Source: Amoebidium appalachense
Taxonomy: Eukaryota; Protista; Ichthyosporea
Reading direction: 5' to 3'
Length of the DNA stretch: 64,000 nucleotides
Assembly: GCA_963693365.1 (NCBI GenBank)
Contig: CAVNZM010000011.1
Span: 5,351,921 to 5,415,920 of the forward strand
The notes under the pieces were generated by a model. That model was not told the origin of the DNA. It ran no database searches and worked only from the letters and a program-made list of their open reading frames with translations. The position numbers and the translations under genes were made by a program. Below are positions 13,874 to 26,170 of the stretch, piece by piece (the stretch's first letter is position 1; each line of letters starts with the position of its first letter).

Positions 13874-14054
13874 CAACCGAGCACCCAGACCCACCCACAT
13901 ACATACAACCTCCCCTTCCCCCACACTTCACCGCAAGTTCCCAACCTATTCCCCCCAACGTTCCCCCCCCCCCCCCCCCCCCCCCCCCCCACACACACAC
14001 ACAAACCCACAACCACCCCTCCCATCACACACACACGGACCCACAAACACCCCC

Positions 14055-14086
<32 letters not shown>

Positions 14087-14246
14087 ACCACCACCACCAC
14101 ACCAAACACCCCATACCACTTCCCCCCCCCCCCCCCCCCCCCCCCCCACCCCCCTTCCTCCGCCACTCCTTTACAAACAAACCCATTCCCCTCCCTCCCC
14201 CCCCCCCCCCCCTTCTTCTCCCCATACCCCCCCCCCATACCCCCCC

Positions 14247-14278
<32 letters not shown>

Positions 14279-16020
14279 ACATACCTGGCCACCAGGAACC
14301 TGCACGAGCTCGTTCTCAGGTGCCGGGCCGGTCTGTGTGCACCTCTTCCAAAGGGGGTGGACCATGACGTCCTCAAGGTGCATCTGACGGATAAGAACGC
14401 TGGACGTCTCAAGGTGAATGCGCTCATGTTCAATCCCCTGCATGTGCCATTTTGGTTCAAAAAAACACAGCAAGTGTTTCTAAAACAAATTTTTGACTCC
14501 ATGCGCACAGCCTATTTTGTTGAAGTCTTTCAACCCCTTTTGTGCGCCTAAACCCCCCTCCCTCCCTTCATACACGCATATACCCTCATCCCCCCCCCCC
14601 CCCCCCCCCCTCAAACACATACACACACACACACACACCTCCCCCAACATCCCCCCCTCCCCTCCCCCCCCAAAAGAAAAACGTAGGAACCCAATAATTT
14701 CCATCATACCTCACAACTAGAAACTTCCCACCACATCCACCGCCATCATTATCCACAGGGGGAACGTCCAAAACTCCCCCATCCTTCCCCCTTACCCCCC
14801 CCCCCCCCCCCCCCCCCCACCCACCCAAAAAAAAAAAAAAAAAAGAAACGAAAACAAAGAAAAACACACACACATACACACACGAAAGTGTAACTCCAAC
14901 AAGTCTCCATGACACTATCTTTTTTCTTCATAAAACATAAATTTTAATACACTTAATACGCACCATCATGATGATCCACAGGGGTGAGTCCCAGCCAATG
15001 GGCATCTGCAAGGGCACTGTGCGGATGACTCTGTCCACCACCTCCCTCACCTTGTCTCGGTACTGCTTCACCTCGCTCACTGCACCCGCAAAAAAAAAAA
15101 AAAAAAGACAAACAAACACATTAGAACAGGGGAAGGAAAAAAAAAAAAAAAAAAGGGGGGGGGGGGGGGGGGGGGAGGGGGGGATTCTCCAGAAAGGAGG
15201 GGGGGGGGGGGGGGCATGTGCAATGGCTTTTATTCTCACGTTGGTAACAGTAACGTGGCTGGGTCTCTCCTGCCAATCCCTCACCCCCTTCTCCCATCCC
15301 CCCCCCCCCCCCCGCTCCCGGGGGTGCCCTTCAAAAACACATGCACACATGCTTTCCAAGTTCTGCTGAAAAGGGTTCCCAGCCCCCCCCCCCCCCCCCC
15401 CCATGTCTCCCTTGAATTCAGGGGGAAATGTCATTCCACCATCTCCCCCCCCCCTTCCCCTAAAGCTTAATACTTCTAATGAGCTCACTACGGGGGCTGG
15501 AGATGTGAAGAGCGCACTAATAACCATGTAACACCACCAACTACTACTAAAAACCAGCAACCACTATTGAATACATTTCAACTTTATTATTACGCACCGG
15601 CAACCATCATTGGACACCAGTAAACATGATAAATTTTAAACACACCAGTTCATAGGTCACCAAAATATAAATAGAGTCCTGCACGTGCTTTTTAAAGCAA
15701 CCCACCTTCAGGCCAGTCATAGTGTGCCGTGTTGAGGTCATCCCACGACATCTCATCCACCCCCACGGCACAGATGGACTCCAGCCGTGGGTTGATGCGC
15801 TCGTTGGCTGACAGCACCTGCCAGCATGCAAAAACTTGTCAAAGACACGCACAGAACTACCCCCCCCCCCCCCCCCCCCCAAAGGAAAAAAAAAACCCAG
15901 GGGCATATGAAAGGACAAGGAGAGGAAGAAGATAAAAAGGCGAGGGGGTAAGAGAGGTGGGGGAGAGTGCAGAGCTTTACAATACAGTCAAACTCGGTAA
16001 CACTTCCCCCCCCTCCCCCC

Positions 16021-16076
<56 letters not shown>

Positions 16077-16670
16077 GAAAGAAAGAAAGAGGACCATAAA
16101 TAAGCAGTGAATTGGCACCCAGCAATAGAAACATAGGCAATGACTGTCAAAAATCCACATCCACCCACCTTTGCCAAAACCAGCTTGTTGATGTAGAAGG
16201 TAGCCGTGTGTCCATAGTAGAAGATAAGGGGATGGCGCAACCGCTCGGGCTGGTAGTAGTAAGACTTACTGTCCTGGATAACCTCAAAAAGCTTCTCGTA
16301 GATGGTGAACGTCTAAAGGGGAAAAAAAGGAAGAACATCAGATTGTGTTCATAGCAGAAACACATCAGACACCAACGATTTAGCTCGCTTCTTCGTGCAT
16401 AGTTAACTCCTTAACCAAATAGTTGCATCCACATGGTCACAAGGGCATTTGACAGTCCCCATGTCCAACAGTTCATGAAGATTTTTAGACGGAAGTACTA
16501 GCAACGTAGCCAACACTGTAAGTAAAAAAGGATCCTTAATTAATCATTAGCAGGCTTACCTTGTGGAAGTAGGTTCGGATCTCCTCCCGCTTTTCGTCGG
16601 GGTGACCAGTCAGCAAGTCAACGGTCTTGGTATTGCGCAGGTCCGCATATGGATCTGGGCTGGAAGCCAT
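8001..16670 (-). CDS. ovoA: Ovothiol biosynthesis protein OvoA (5-histidylcysteine sulfoxide synthase: DinB-like + FGE-sulfatase-like + SAM methyltransferase), 14 exons, ~725 aa if a 1-nt indel in exon 10 is corrected
   Basis: GT-AG exons: 16670-16560, 16312-16169, 15817-15706, 15079-14964, 14437-14285, 13745-13570, 12953-12773, 12336-12246, 11807-11453, 10727-10473, 9726-9573, 9171-9005, 8729-8628, 8060-8001. Splice phases match at every junction. OvoA motifs: RHPLIFYYGHTA, GVDEMSWDDL, iron-binding GIEHERIHLET (HxxxHxE), YGWDNEYG, RLPTE, GNVWQW, HPIYDDF, RYAFRxHF, then RALEVGC, EGELV, QGDTCNL, RLYDP. Confidence 0.93.
12929..13160 (-). repeat. 140-bp-offset tandem duplication of the ovoA intron 6 acceptor plus the first 25 nt of exon 7
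   Basis: cttcttgtagctcacccacctccacctgt and the following intron sequence occur at 12929 and again at 13069. Confidence 0.9.
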
Positions 16671-16676
16671 TTTTAT

Positions 16677-17069
16677 CTGTGGTAACATGACAAGTAAGGC
16701 TTAACAAATGTGCTCACGTTTAGAAGACAACAGCAGGGTATGCACAACTGTAACAAAAATGTATTGTGTGGAATGTCTGCAGATGTGCATGTACTGCAGT
16801 TGCTTGCATGCTTGAACAACTGCTGGTGTCTGATGTTCGGAAAAGGTGTATAATGCTCGAAAAAACAAACAGGCAGGCACAAAATGAATCGTGGCTAGTT
16901 CTTCTGTGCATGAGCTCTTTTCAACGAGTTATTCCAACCAGAACAATACAGCAGAGTTTTTTTCAAGAAAACGAACATCTCTGAATCCACCGAGCAACAG
17001 CTAAAAAAGGACAACCCGTGGTGCTCATCCAACATGTAGTGGGTTGTATTGATGGTGTAGTACTCTTAC
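16677..17069 (-). other. Probable 5'-UTR intron of ovoA
   Basis: Acceptor-like ccacag 6 nt before the ATG and a strong donor G|gtaag at 17070/17069. The upstream ORF would not be in frame with ovoA. Confidence 0.45.
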
Positions 17070-19704
17070 CTGGTAACAGTGGTACTGAAAAACGAGAGAA
17101 AAGGAGAAATAAACCGGCTATTTTCAGAAACCAACACAGTATTGAAAAATCTCTAATTCTTCGATCTGCACACCGAGACGACTTTTTCTCCACGCCAAAG
17201 TGTGAATACAACACGACCGCATCATGTCACCGGGGTTTACACCCTTTTTCTTTTCATCATCATCATCATTATCACGGTACCGTCGACCTTGCTCACAAAA
17301 ATTTACCCGCCTACTAAGCGCAGTGACTTTTTACCAATCATATGAAAGAAGATCTTCCGCGGACCGGGAGAAATTTTAAAGCTCCCACCGACTGGATTAA
17401 AAAAACCAAATTTGCTTGGATCGCACGCTGGCGACTATTTAAGGACGATGATCACTGAGATCTGTTGCTTTTTCTGCAGGCGTCAATTCTGAATCCTGTG
17501 CACCCGGAGTGAACTTTCGGCCGAACTTTCACCTAATCAGTGAACGCCTCATTGTAAATATAGAGTTTTGTCATAAAACATAAAATGCCGGATCAACTGT
17601 CTAAAAAAAAAATACAAAAGATTACTGTTGCAATGTTATCGATAGTACAGAGATAACTATATCCTTGCCTTCTTATTAGTCACTTAGCACGCGAAAGGCT
17701 GGACGCGTGTATTGATAGTCTCGTCTCCCGCCAGCATTCGCTTTGAACGATTCCGAATTCTGGAGTTTGATGTGACTCCACAGGTCTGATGAGCCAATAG
17801 AATAAAAAATGTTCTCTCTGGGCACGCCGTGACAGCACAGTACAGGGCAGCCAAATCCACCTGCAGGCTTAATGTTTTACAGATATTTTTGGAATACCAA
17901 AAAAAGGGTCCAGGAGGAGAAAAATTACATATGACATTTTTACTTCAGAACAAAATACAAACCGTTACAAACCAAGGCCTCCTACTGTTAGTATATAGGA
18001 CTAGGAGGCCTTGGTACAAAACTGGTCTGAACTTTTTTGAAGCTCATTGGATCTCTCTGTCTTCCCAGACTTCTCAGGGATACGAAAAACTTGGCCCAGG
18101 GGAATTCCGAGAAAGATTTAAACAATAACACGGCTGCAAGGACTAACATCCGACCAGAAATCCTTTTGCAAATCAAGGTCAAATAAAAGCAACCTTTTAG
18201 TTATTAGTATGAATAAAAAGCCCAATAAGTGCTGCATTTACTTTATTGTAATGAGTCATTTGTTTTACCTGACAATGCGAAAAGGCATTGTATCCCCACG
18301 CTTACAGTAGATTGATCCCTGGTGATTTAGTCACATGCCCCAAGTTGTCTCTCATTGGAGCTCTCTCTGACATCTTGGTTATTCCGGCCACCTTCAAGTT
18401 TGACTTGCACACGAGTCATATGATACGAGATTTTTATATGAAAATTGGCCGGAAATATAGTATGTCCAAAGTTCCCGCTCGATCGATCGATACATATATG
18501 TGTACATGCATATTGAAATGCATCCAGATCGAAAATACAGATATGTATACCTGCACATTGACACTATATACTCAATAATAAGGCTATGCATATTGAATTA
18601 TTATAGTTCTTGTATATACAACCCAAGCGGTTTATTATATAGGCCCTTTCTATGTCATCAAACTTTGTCGCCGGCCCCAAGGTCGCGCTTTCAACTTGAT
18701 CCAGATAGAAAGCTCATTTAACCGCCGTCATTTGATTGGACAAAAGCAAATTCCAATGGATACCCATGAAGTCTTGAGATCATATCAAGTTTGCTCATGC
18801 ATTAGTAATCCTGCTTGTGGTAGTCTGGTACAAGTTGTAAACATGCAAGTGCCTTCATGTGGACAAAATTGTAAGCAAATTGTAAGCTTATCAAATATGC
18901 AAGCCTGTGTACATATGTGCTTTTTAGTACATGATTTTTAGTGTATGTTACAGTTGCAACCGATGGTCCAACGACCAGGTCGACGTCCGTGGGACTTCGT
19001 GCACAGCTAGTGACACAGGGGGGGGCCGCCGGAAGTGACACAAAACAATGATATTTGGTAAATACTCATTTTATCCACCAATCGGAAGAAGATGGTGTGA
19101 TGATTGGCATCACACATCTCTTCCTGTAGAAGCGACTATAAAGGTCGTGTTTCTGGCTTCTCTCTAACAGTCTTTTCCTCGCCGCTTCTCGCGCGTTAGT
19201 GAGGCCGGTCTAGTGGCCAAGACCAAATTTATCAGTCAGCACTCAGTCTGAGACTAAAGCCTCATGAGGAGGGCACCGACCTTATCGGCTCGCGCACACA
19301 CGCACACGCACACACATGCACATGCACGCAAACACACATCTTTATGGCCCAACTCATAAAAACACAGTATGAATACCGTAACCACTGCTTTATTCAATGT
19401 GTTGTGTGTATCATATGGTGCACGTGTCAATCTATCCACAGATAGATCTGCCACTCGGAGAGGAAAACCGCTCACAGAAACCAGCTCCCATCTCCACGAA
19501 ACCATGCTCCCAAATCCAAATACAGGCCAACTACCACATGCACCCGGCATAGGTGATAAATGCTCACACATTCAAGGTTTCTACCCTAGAACAGCCGAGC
19601 CCTATCTGTAATGGAATATATATTTGACATAACTTTAAGAGGTGTTACATCACAGAGGTGTTATATCACAATTGTTCCCCCACAACCTGTACACGCGCGG
19701 CATG

Positions 19705-19976
19705 TCAGGAATGGGCAGAATGAGTGCTGCCGGCAGTTTCGAATTCAGGCGTGACTCTTGCACTCTGTTGGTGCTTGAGTCGGCTGATGTAGGTGGAGCA
19801 CCCCAGTTTGAGCGCCATCCTCTCCTCCTCCACCTCCTCAATCGCTGCCTCGATGCTGCTGTGCGTTCTGGCCGCCAGTTCCGTAACGCGCTGGATGATG
19901 GGGGCCATGCGCTCCAGCCGCTCGCGCATGGACTCGTTGCACGAGCGCCATGGGATGTGCCATATTTCTCCGTAAG
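19705..19976 (-). pseudogene. Terminal exon encoding a GCR1_C-like DNA-binding domain of the Crypton-like gene
   Basis: Branch-point/acceptor ctaat...tgcag, then LTEKYGTS/(frameshift)WRSCNESMRERLERMAPIIQRV...IEAAIEEVEEER. This resembles the GCR1_C pattern L..KYG..WR...R....II......A+..+E..R. Confidence 0.65.
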
Positions 19977-21089
19977 CTGCATGAACCAAACAGATTAGAT
20001 GTTTGCGTATGACGTTGAGGACGGCGGTCTGTTACACACTAAGTATGGCAATTTATGAATACTTGGACGTTTATTGATGCTTATAAGCTGTGGCAACCTG
20101 GCCGTAATGTAGATGTGACGAGGGAACTGTACGTGACTGTATCAATACGATGGCCTACAGGTAATAGTGATGACCATAAACAAGCAATGCCTATTCTATG
20201 CGTGTTATTTCCCTTAGTTGTGACCATGTGCTAAGAAGGGGAAAGACCCTTTCTAACTAACGAATTCTAACTACCTTTTATACTTTCTAGCGCTCTTGGC
20301 TACAACTAAATATCATGTTAAAAGAGTTCCGACATCTATGTACAAAGTGCGCGGCTACAGATCTAACCAATCAATCTATTCGATCTATTCTTTGCTCACT
20401 ATGATATCATCCTAGAAGACCTTATGAGTGGATCCGGCTCACAGCTACTTATCATATAGAGACAGTACGTACAGGGCATATTTACATTACAAGTTACTAC
20501 ATATTTCTCTAGAATGACAGATATATATCAGCCTTATATCATTGTTAATTATTTACACACTTCTGTTAATTGATTTCATATCTCTGTAGGAATACAAGTA
20601 CAAGCCTCATGGCAATCGTTCGCCGGCGGCTCGTGGCTCTTGGCTGGTGGCTTTTCGCCATATATAGCTAAGTCTATTGATTGTTCATTCGCTCACACTC
20701 ATTCACAACATTCCATAAATTAGATTGCCTTTCGCGTAGCGTATACATATGTTCATTGTTCAAGACGTAATATGTTAGCAAATATGTGTTACACTAATTA
20801 CGGGAATAAACCTTCGTAATCTTTTACATGCCTCTGGTAAGATAGATGGTTCATGGGAGCTTCCCATGGTCTCCAGATACGCGGTTATAAGACATGATCA
20901 GAGCGCATTGCACGGACATACGGCCGTGTTTATTTCAACTTATTATTGATCCAGGATCTGGCCAATCAAATCAGTGTACAAGGATGCCTTCCTTTCGCCC
21001 CCTGCTGAGGTATGACGTCCCCGTCATACTTGGTGGTCCGATTGGTGCATCTCAAACATGGTATTTTGCCGGTTGAGTGATTGGTAGAC

Positions 21090-21320
21090 CTAAATTTTGG
21101 GTAATCCAATCGTTTCAGTTTTCGCAGGATATTGCGATATCGGAACCATGGAAGCAGTAATAGTAAGTTTAGCTATGTCGGATAGTAATTCACCTACATT
21201 GTGTTCTAACTCCCAATTCTCTCTGCCATCAGACCATTTTATACGCCAGAACCTACCATCTTTCGTTGTCACTTGTCCAGTAACTTCGATGGGTGTTGCA
21301 TCACGTGGAGGTGGCAGGTC
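21090..21320 (-). pseudogene. Chromodomain-like tail of the Gypsy integrase (frameshifted)
   Basis: PIEVTGQVTTKDGRFWRIKWSDGRENWELEHNV resembles the chromodomain pattern +E.I....G..Y.+KW.G..tWEpe.N+. Confidence 0.55.
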
Positions 21321-21324
21321 GGAA

Positions 21325-23121
21325 TCAATCTGTGATTGGCATAGGGATTTTATCAGTGGGTCGTACGTTGGGATTGTGATAGGGCTTGAGCCGCGGCCGG
21401 GTGACGTGCACAGGGGCTTTCACTTTCCATCCTCGTGCATTCACTAAGTAGTAAGTGGAGTTTGTAGCCTTTTTACGTATGGTGTAGGGTCCATGCCAGC
21501 AGTGCAAAAGCTTTGTCGACGCACCCTTTTTCTTTTGCGGTGTGTACAGCCATACCTTGTCACCTGTGTCCCAACTGCGTGTTTTTGCACGTTCGTTACG
21601 TTTAGCTACTTGTCTTTGTCTTTCAGTACGTGACAAATCAGAGGCAGTTGCATGTGCGAAACGCAGTTTATCTAATAGCTCCAAATAATACTCATTTTGG
21701 GAGGCAGGGACGGTGTCAGGTGTATTAATTAAACGATTATATGGCAGTTGCAGCATTCTTCCATACAATAGCTCTGCCGGTGTGTATCCTGTGCTGGAGC
21801 ACACAGTGGTTCGGCATGCCAGAAGAAAATAAGGTACAAATAAATCCCAAGAACGTAGATAATCAAGTGTGAACATAGACAGATTGTTTCGTAGATCTCT
21901 ATTTAATCGTTCACACAATCCATTCGCATCGTGATAGTGTGCAGGTGTGAGCTTGGGGTCGGAACCTAGGGCTTTGCATATAGAAGTAAAAAGAATGCTC
22001 TTAAAGTAACCTGCTCTATCCATTCGAAACACTTTTGGTGTGCCATGCCTGCATATTATTTCTTCCACTAATATTTTTGCAACGATTTCTGAAGTGGGCT
22101 CGGGTATAGGCCAGGCTTCGGGCCACCGGGTGAATTCATCTATAGCTACTAATATGTGTGTGTTTTTGTTCCAGGTTTCGGGTGTGAAAGGGCCCACAAC
22201 ATCAAGAGCAACAATAGAAAAGGGTGCTTCGGGCTCTCTCACAGACTTAGGTACGTTCATACGCGGGTACGGCTTCCGTGTTGCGCAAATTTTACATGCT
22301 CTGCACCATGCAAGTATGTCGGCATACATGTCGGGCCTAAAATACTGCGTGCGCGCTTTTAGATATGTTTTGCTAAATCCGTAGTGACCTGCAGAGAGGT
22401 CTTCGTGGCAAGCAGTAAATGTTTGAAATTTCAGGCCGTAGGGGACATACAGTGCATGTCTGAGTGTGTCTTTGGGGTCTTTTCGGCTTTGTGGTGTGTA
22501 CACTTTATATAGAATGCCATCGTACACTGTGTATGCGTCTTTGCAAAGTAATATCTCTCTGTAGTATTTATCATTCGAAGGTATAATTTTATATAACAGA
22601 TAGTCGATTATTGCTTTACACCGTTCATCAGAATTCTGATAAGCTCTTACCTCCTCAGGTGTTATTTGTCGGAACCGCGGTTCTACCCATATGAGTTTGT
22701 CTGTGGTGGGGGCCGGTAACTGAGGTTCTGTGGCTTGTGGCTCGGTCACAGTGACTGTGTGTGGCAGTGGTGGCTGCGCGTGCGTATCGCTGGATGCGCT
22801 GCCGGTGTCTGTTGCTGCCGTTTCGTCTTGCTGTGTGGCCGTGATGGTAGGTGTATCTTCCGTGTGTGATGCTGTTGTACTTGTGTCTGTGTGTGGTGTG
22901 TTTCGTGTGAGTGAGGTTGTGTCTGTGTCTAGTTTTTGTCGTTTTGTTTTGTGTTGTGTGTGTGTGTAGGCTGTAGGTGTTGTGTTTATATCTGTTATCA
23001 TTCGAGCTTCCGTCCTTCCCTTTGTTGAACGGCTATGCAATCCCTCCCTAGCCATCAACGCCACTTGCGGGGCTAGATCGGGGGCCGGGGCTAGTGTTCT
23101 CATGCTGGGCGCAACAGGCAT
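21325..23121 (-). pseudogene. Gypsy integrase, preceded by a T/P-rich low-complexity spacer
   Basis: HHCC zinc finger (HEDLSAGH...CRACKIC), DDE core (ALDVV, RMDRA, GLCERLN), GYTPAELLYGR and GPY/F module (WHGPY). Confidence 0.92.
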
Positions 23122-23199
23122 GCTGTTAACTTGTGGAGTATTCTGACGTGTTTCCCCCTTAGGAAAAACGGCTCCTGACGTTTTATGGTGGCCACGTGC

Positions 23200-23940
23200 A
23201 AGTTAACAGTGTTAAAGCCATCCTCTACCGCACTCGCCTTGGGGATAGCTGGAAGGCGGGAAAGAGCATCTGCATTCGTGTGCTGGACGCCGGGGCGAGG
23301 TATAATTGTAAAATCCATCGCCTGTAATTTCAGTGCCCATCTTTGTAACCTTGGGTTAGGCTAGTTCTTTGGTGAGTAATGCTTTCAAGGCAGTGTGGTC
23401 GCATATAACTTTAAAATGTGAACCGTAAAGATAGGGGCGAAAGTGTTCTGTGGCCCAAACGAGAGCAAGACATTCGAGCTCTGTGACTGCATAATTTTTC
23501 TCGGCTGCATGCAAACTTCTGCTTGCATACGCAATCACATGTAAAAACCCTTCATCTCCTCCTTGTTCCAAAACTGCACCTAATCCTGCGTAGCTCGCGT
23601 CTGTGTGTAAGATAAATTCTCTATCAAAGCGGGGGTGTGCGCATATGGGCGCAGACACCAGCTTACCTTTTAACTCTTCAAATGCTTGTTGCTGTGCTTC
23701 TCCCCACTGCCACTCTGCATCTCCTTGTTGTAGTTTCCGGAGGGGGGCAGTTATCGCACTAAACTGGGGGACAAAACGACGGTAGTATGAGCACAAGCCA
23801 AGAAAAGAGCGTAATTCGCTAATGTTTCGCGGTATAGGCCAGGTCTGGACTTTCTCTATTTTTGATTGGTCGACTGAAATGCCGTCAACCGAGACTATGT
23901 GGCCTAGGTAACGGTTGCACTGTGTGTGGCAAATGTACAT
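23200..23940 (-). pseudogene. Gypsy RT connection and RNase H (frameshifted at both ends)
   Basis: [45 protein letters not shown], then NADALSR in the next frame. Confidence 0.92.
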
Positions 23941-24600
23941 TTAGATAGATTCACACATGCACCTGCCTGGTTTAGTCTGCGTAAAACGTCGTCTACATGC
24001 TCTAGATGCTCCTCCCATGTTTTTGAAAAAATAGCTATGTCGTCTAGATAAGCACGTGCGTATGCATGTGTGCCGTTCAAAATCTGATTTACAACTTTTT
24101 GAAACGTTGCTGGGCTGTTACTTAAACCAAAGGGCATTATTTTAAATTGATACAAACCTTGGTGTGTGATGAAGGCGGTGATTTCCTTTGACTCTTCGGC
24201 CATTTTAATTAGCCAAAAGCCATGCGCTAAATCGAGAAAAGAATAATATCGGCAACCAGCAAACGAATCAAGTGCATCAGAAATAGAGGGGAGGGGGTAC
24301 GCATCTTTTTTAGACATGGCATTTATACGTCTGTAATCTACGCAGAAACGCAACTTGGGTTGTTCCCTTCTTTGGTACAATAACCACTGGGCTCGCCCAC
24401 GGGCTCTTACTCACCTCTATTGCATCTATGCGCCAAATTTCTTCTATCTCGTTTCGAATCACTTCTCTTTCTGCGTGCGAAGTGCGATAGGGCTTGCTTG
24501 CAATGCGTGGGTGCCCACCAACATCAACATAATGCCTTATACCCAGTTTGTCCATACTTGCAACACGTACGGTGAACACATCGGGGTAGCGGGCAATAAT
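23904..24600 (-). pseudogene. Gypsy reverse transcriptase (frameshift near 24365)
   Basis: SPWASPVVIVPKK / LRFCVDYRRIN, DAYPLP, LDLAHGFW, MPFGLSNSPATFQ and catalytic YLDD. Confidence 0.93.
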
Positions 24601-26170
24601 GGTTTGTATTTGATTTACCTGGCTTTTATTTCGTTTCTTACCGAACCGGGCCTGTACAGGTGGGGAGGCCACTGCGGTGTTGGGTGGCGGCAACGTGCCT
24701 GCTTCACCATGGGTGTCAGAGTCACTATCATCACTGAGAAAGGCACTAGAGAGGCCTATGAATCCTGAATTTAACAAAGGAGAGGTATGTATACCTGTTA
24801 CTGCGCGATCTATGCACATTTTTTGTACACTACTATCGCTATCTGGGCTATGGTCGGTGCAACAAAGCATAATAGTATCATCATCCCTTGTGTGAAAAGG
24901 AGAGGAGGGAGATGTATCTACCGACATATAATTACTGGCAGAAGCAGCGTTATCATATAAGTTAGGGCTAATCATTGGGCTATTAGTATTATTTAAGGTG
25001 GTGCCGTCAGATGTAAGTGTAGAAGCATCTGGTTGGGGCTCGGGTGGGGCGGGTGGAAACTGACTTGTTGTTGTGCAGGTGGGCGCTGATAGGTCCAGGC
25101 GCTCGTTCACTTGCTGTGTCAGCTCAGGGGTCCAGTACACAAGCTGGTTACTCCCCTGTGGTGAACCACCGAGTGTTAGTCCCATGGACGCGGGGAAAAT
25201 AGAGCCTAGCATGCCCTGAGTGAGTGTTTGTAAGTTTCTTTCCTTTGTGTCTAGCAGCGTTACATGTGCGACAACAAAATCCCGGGGGAGTGTGTGTGTG
25301 TGTGTGTGTAGTTGTACACAGCAATGGAAGTGGGGTGGGGTGTTGCATGTGTGAGGATAGGACAGACAAAGCTTCGGTATGTGTGGGAGAGGTCATGTGA
25401 TGTGGTGTATGTGGCAGCAAAAGGGCCGGGGGGAGGGGGTGGAACAATCATTTAGTATGTCTATCATGTTCAAACCAGGTGCGAGGTGTTGTTGGTGCGC
25501 GCATTTTGCAAGGAAGGGAGTGTGTGGGAGTGGTTGGGGTGGGTTGTGTGAATGCAGTTGTGTGGGCAGTGGGTGTGTGGTTGTGGGTGCGGTTGTGTGT
25601 GCGGTTGTGGGTGTATGCACGTGTGTGTCTGTGGGTGTGTGGTCGTGTGGGTGTGGGTGCATTTGTGTGTGTGTGTGCTGGGGTGGGTGGGTGGGTGTGG
25701 TGGGTGGGTTTAAACTCTGACCTTCGTTTTTGTCCTCCTTTGCAGGGGCATGGTCGTCTCTGAGTCCACACTGTTGCGCTGGAGCAGGCAGCGAATGGGG
25801 ATGCCGTACTCAACTACACCCTCGGGTTCCAGCACCATGAAGGCCACGGCGTCAAAGTAGCTGTAGTTGGTGGCGTGTTTGCGCTCGGGCCTGGGGGAGG
25901 CAGGTAGGGGGTGCGGCGAATGCACAGCCTACAAAATTCCCGATATCCAGTGTCATGTTTGCGCTGTTGTAGCCGTAGCTGGGGCTAGCGGGTGGAGAGG
26001 CCGGACGCATGTTGCGCTTGGGTGTGTTGTTGTTGTTGGACACTTGCACGTGGAGGGTGGGGTTGGTATTATTGGTGTTGGAATTTAGAGACCGGTTGTC
26101 GTTCATTTTCATGTGGTTGGCTACTGCGCGGTGCACGACACTACACTGGTCTGTGTAATGCGAAAAAGAG

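Noticed and set aside
16963-17214. N-terminal extension of OvoA from the upstream ORF
   Set aside because: Splicing 17070 to 16676 puts it out of frame with the ovoA ATG.
18946-20793. TGTTACA at 18946, 19643, 20030 and 20787 as paired LTR termini
   Set aside because: No matching TSDs, no polypurine tract at 20794 and no second LTR copy; only 20030 is kept as a tentative end.
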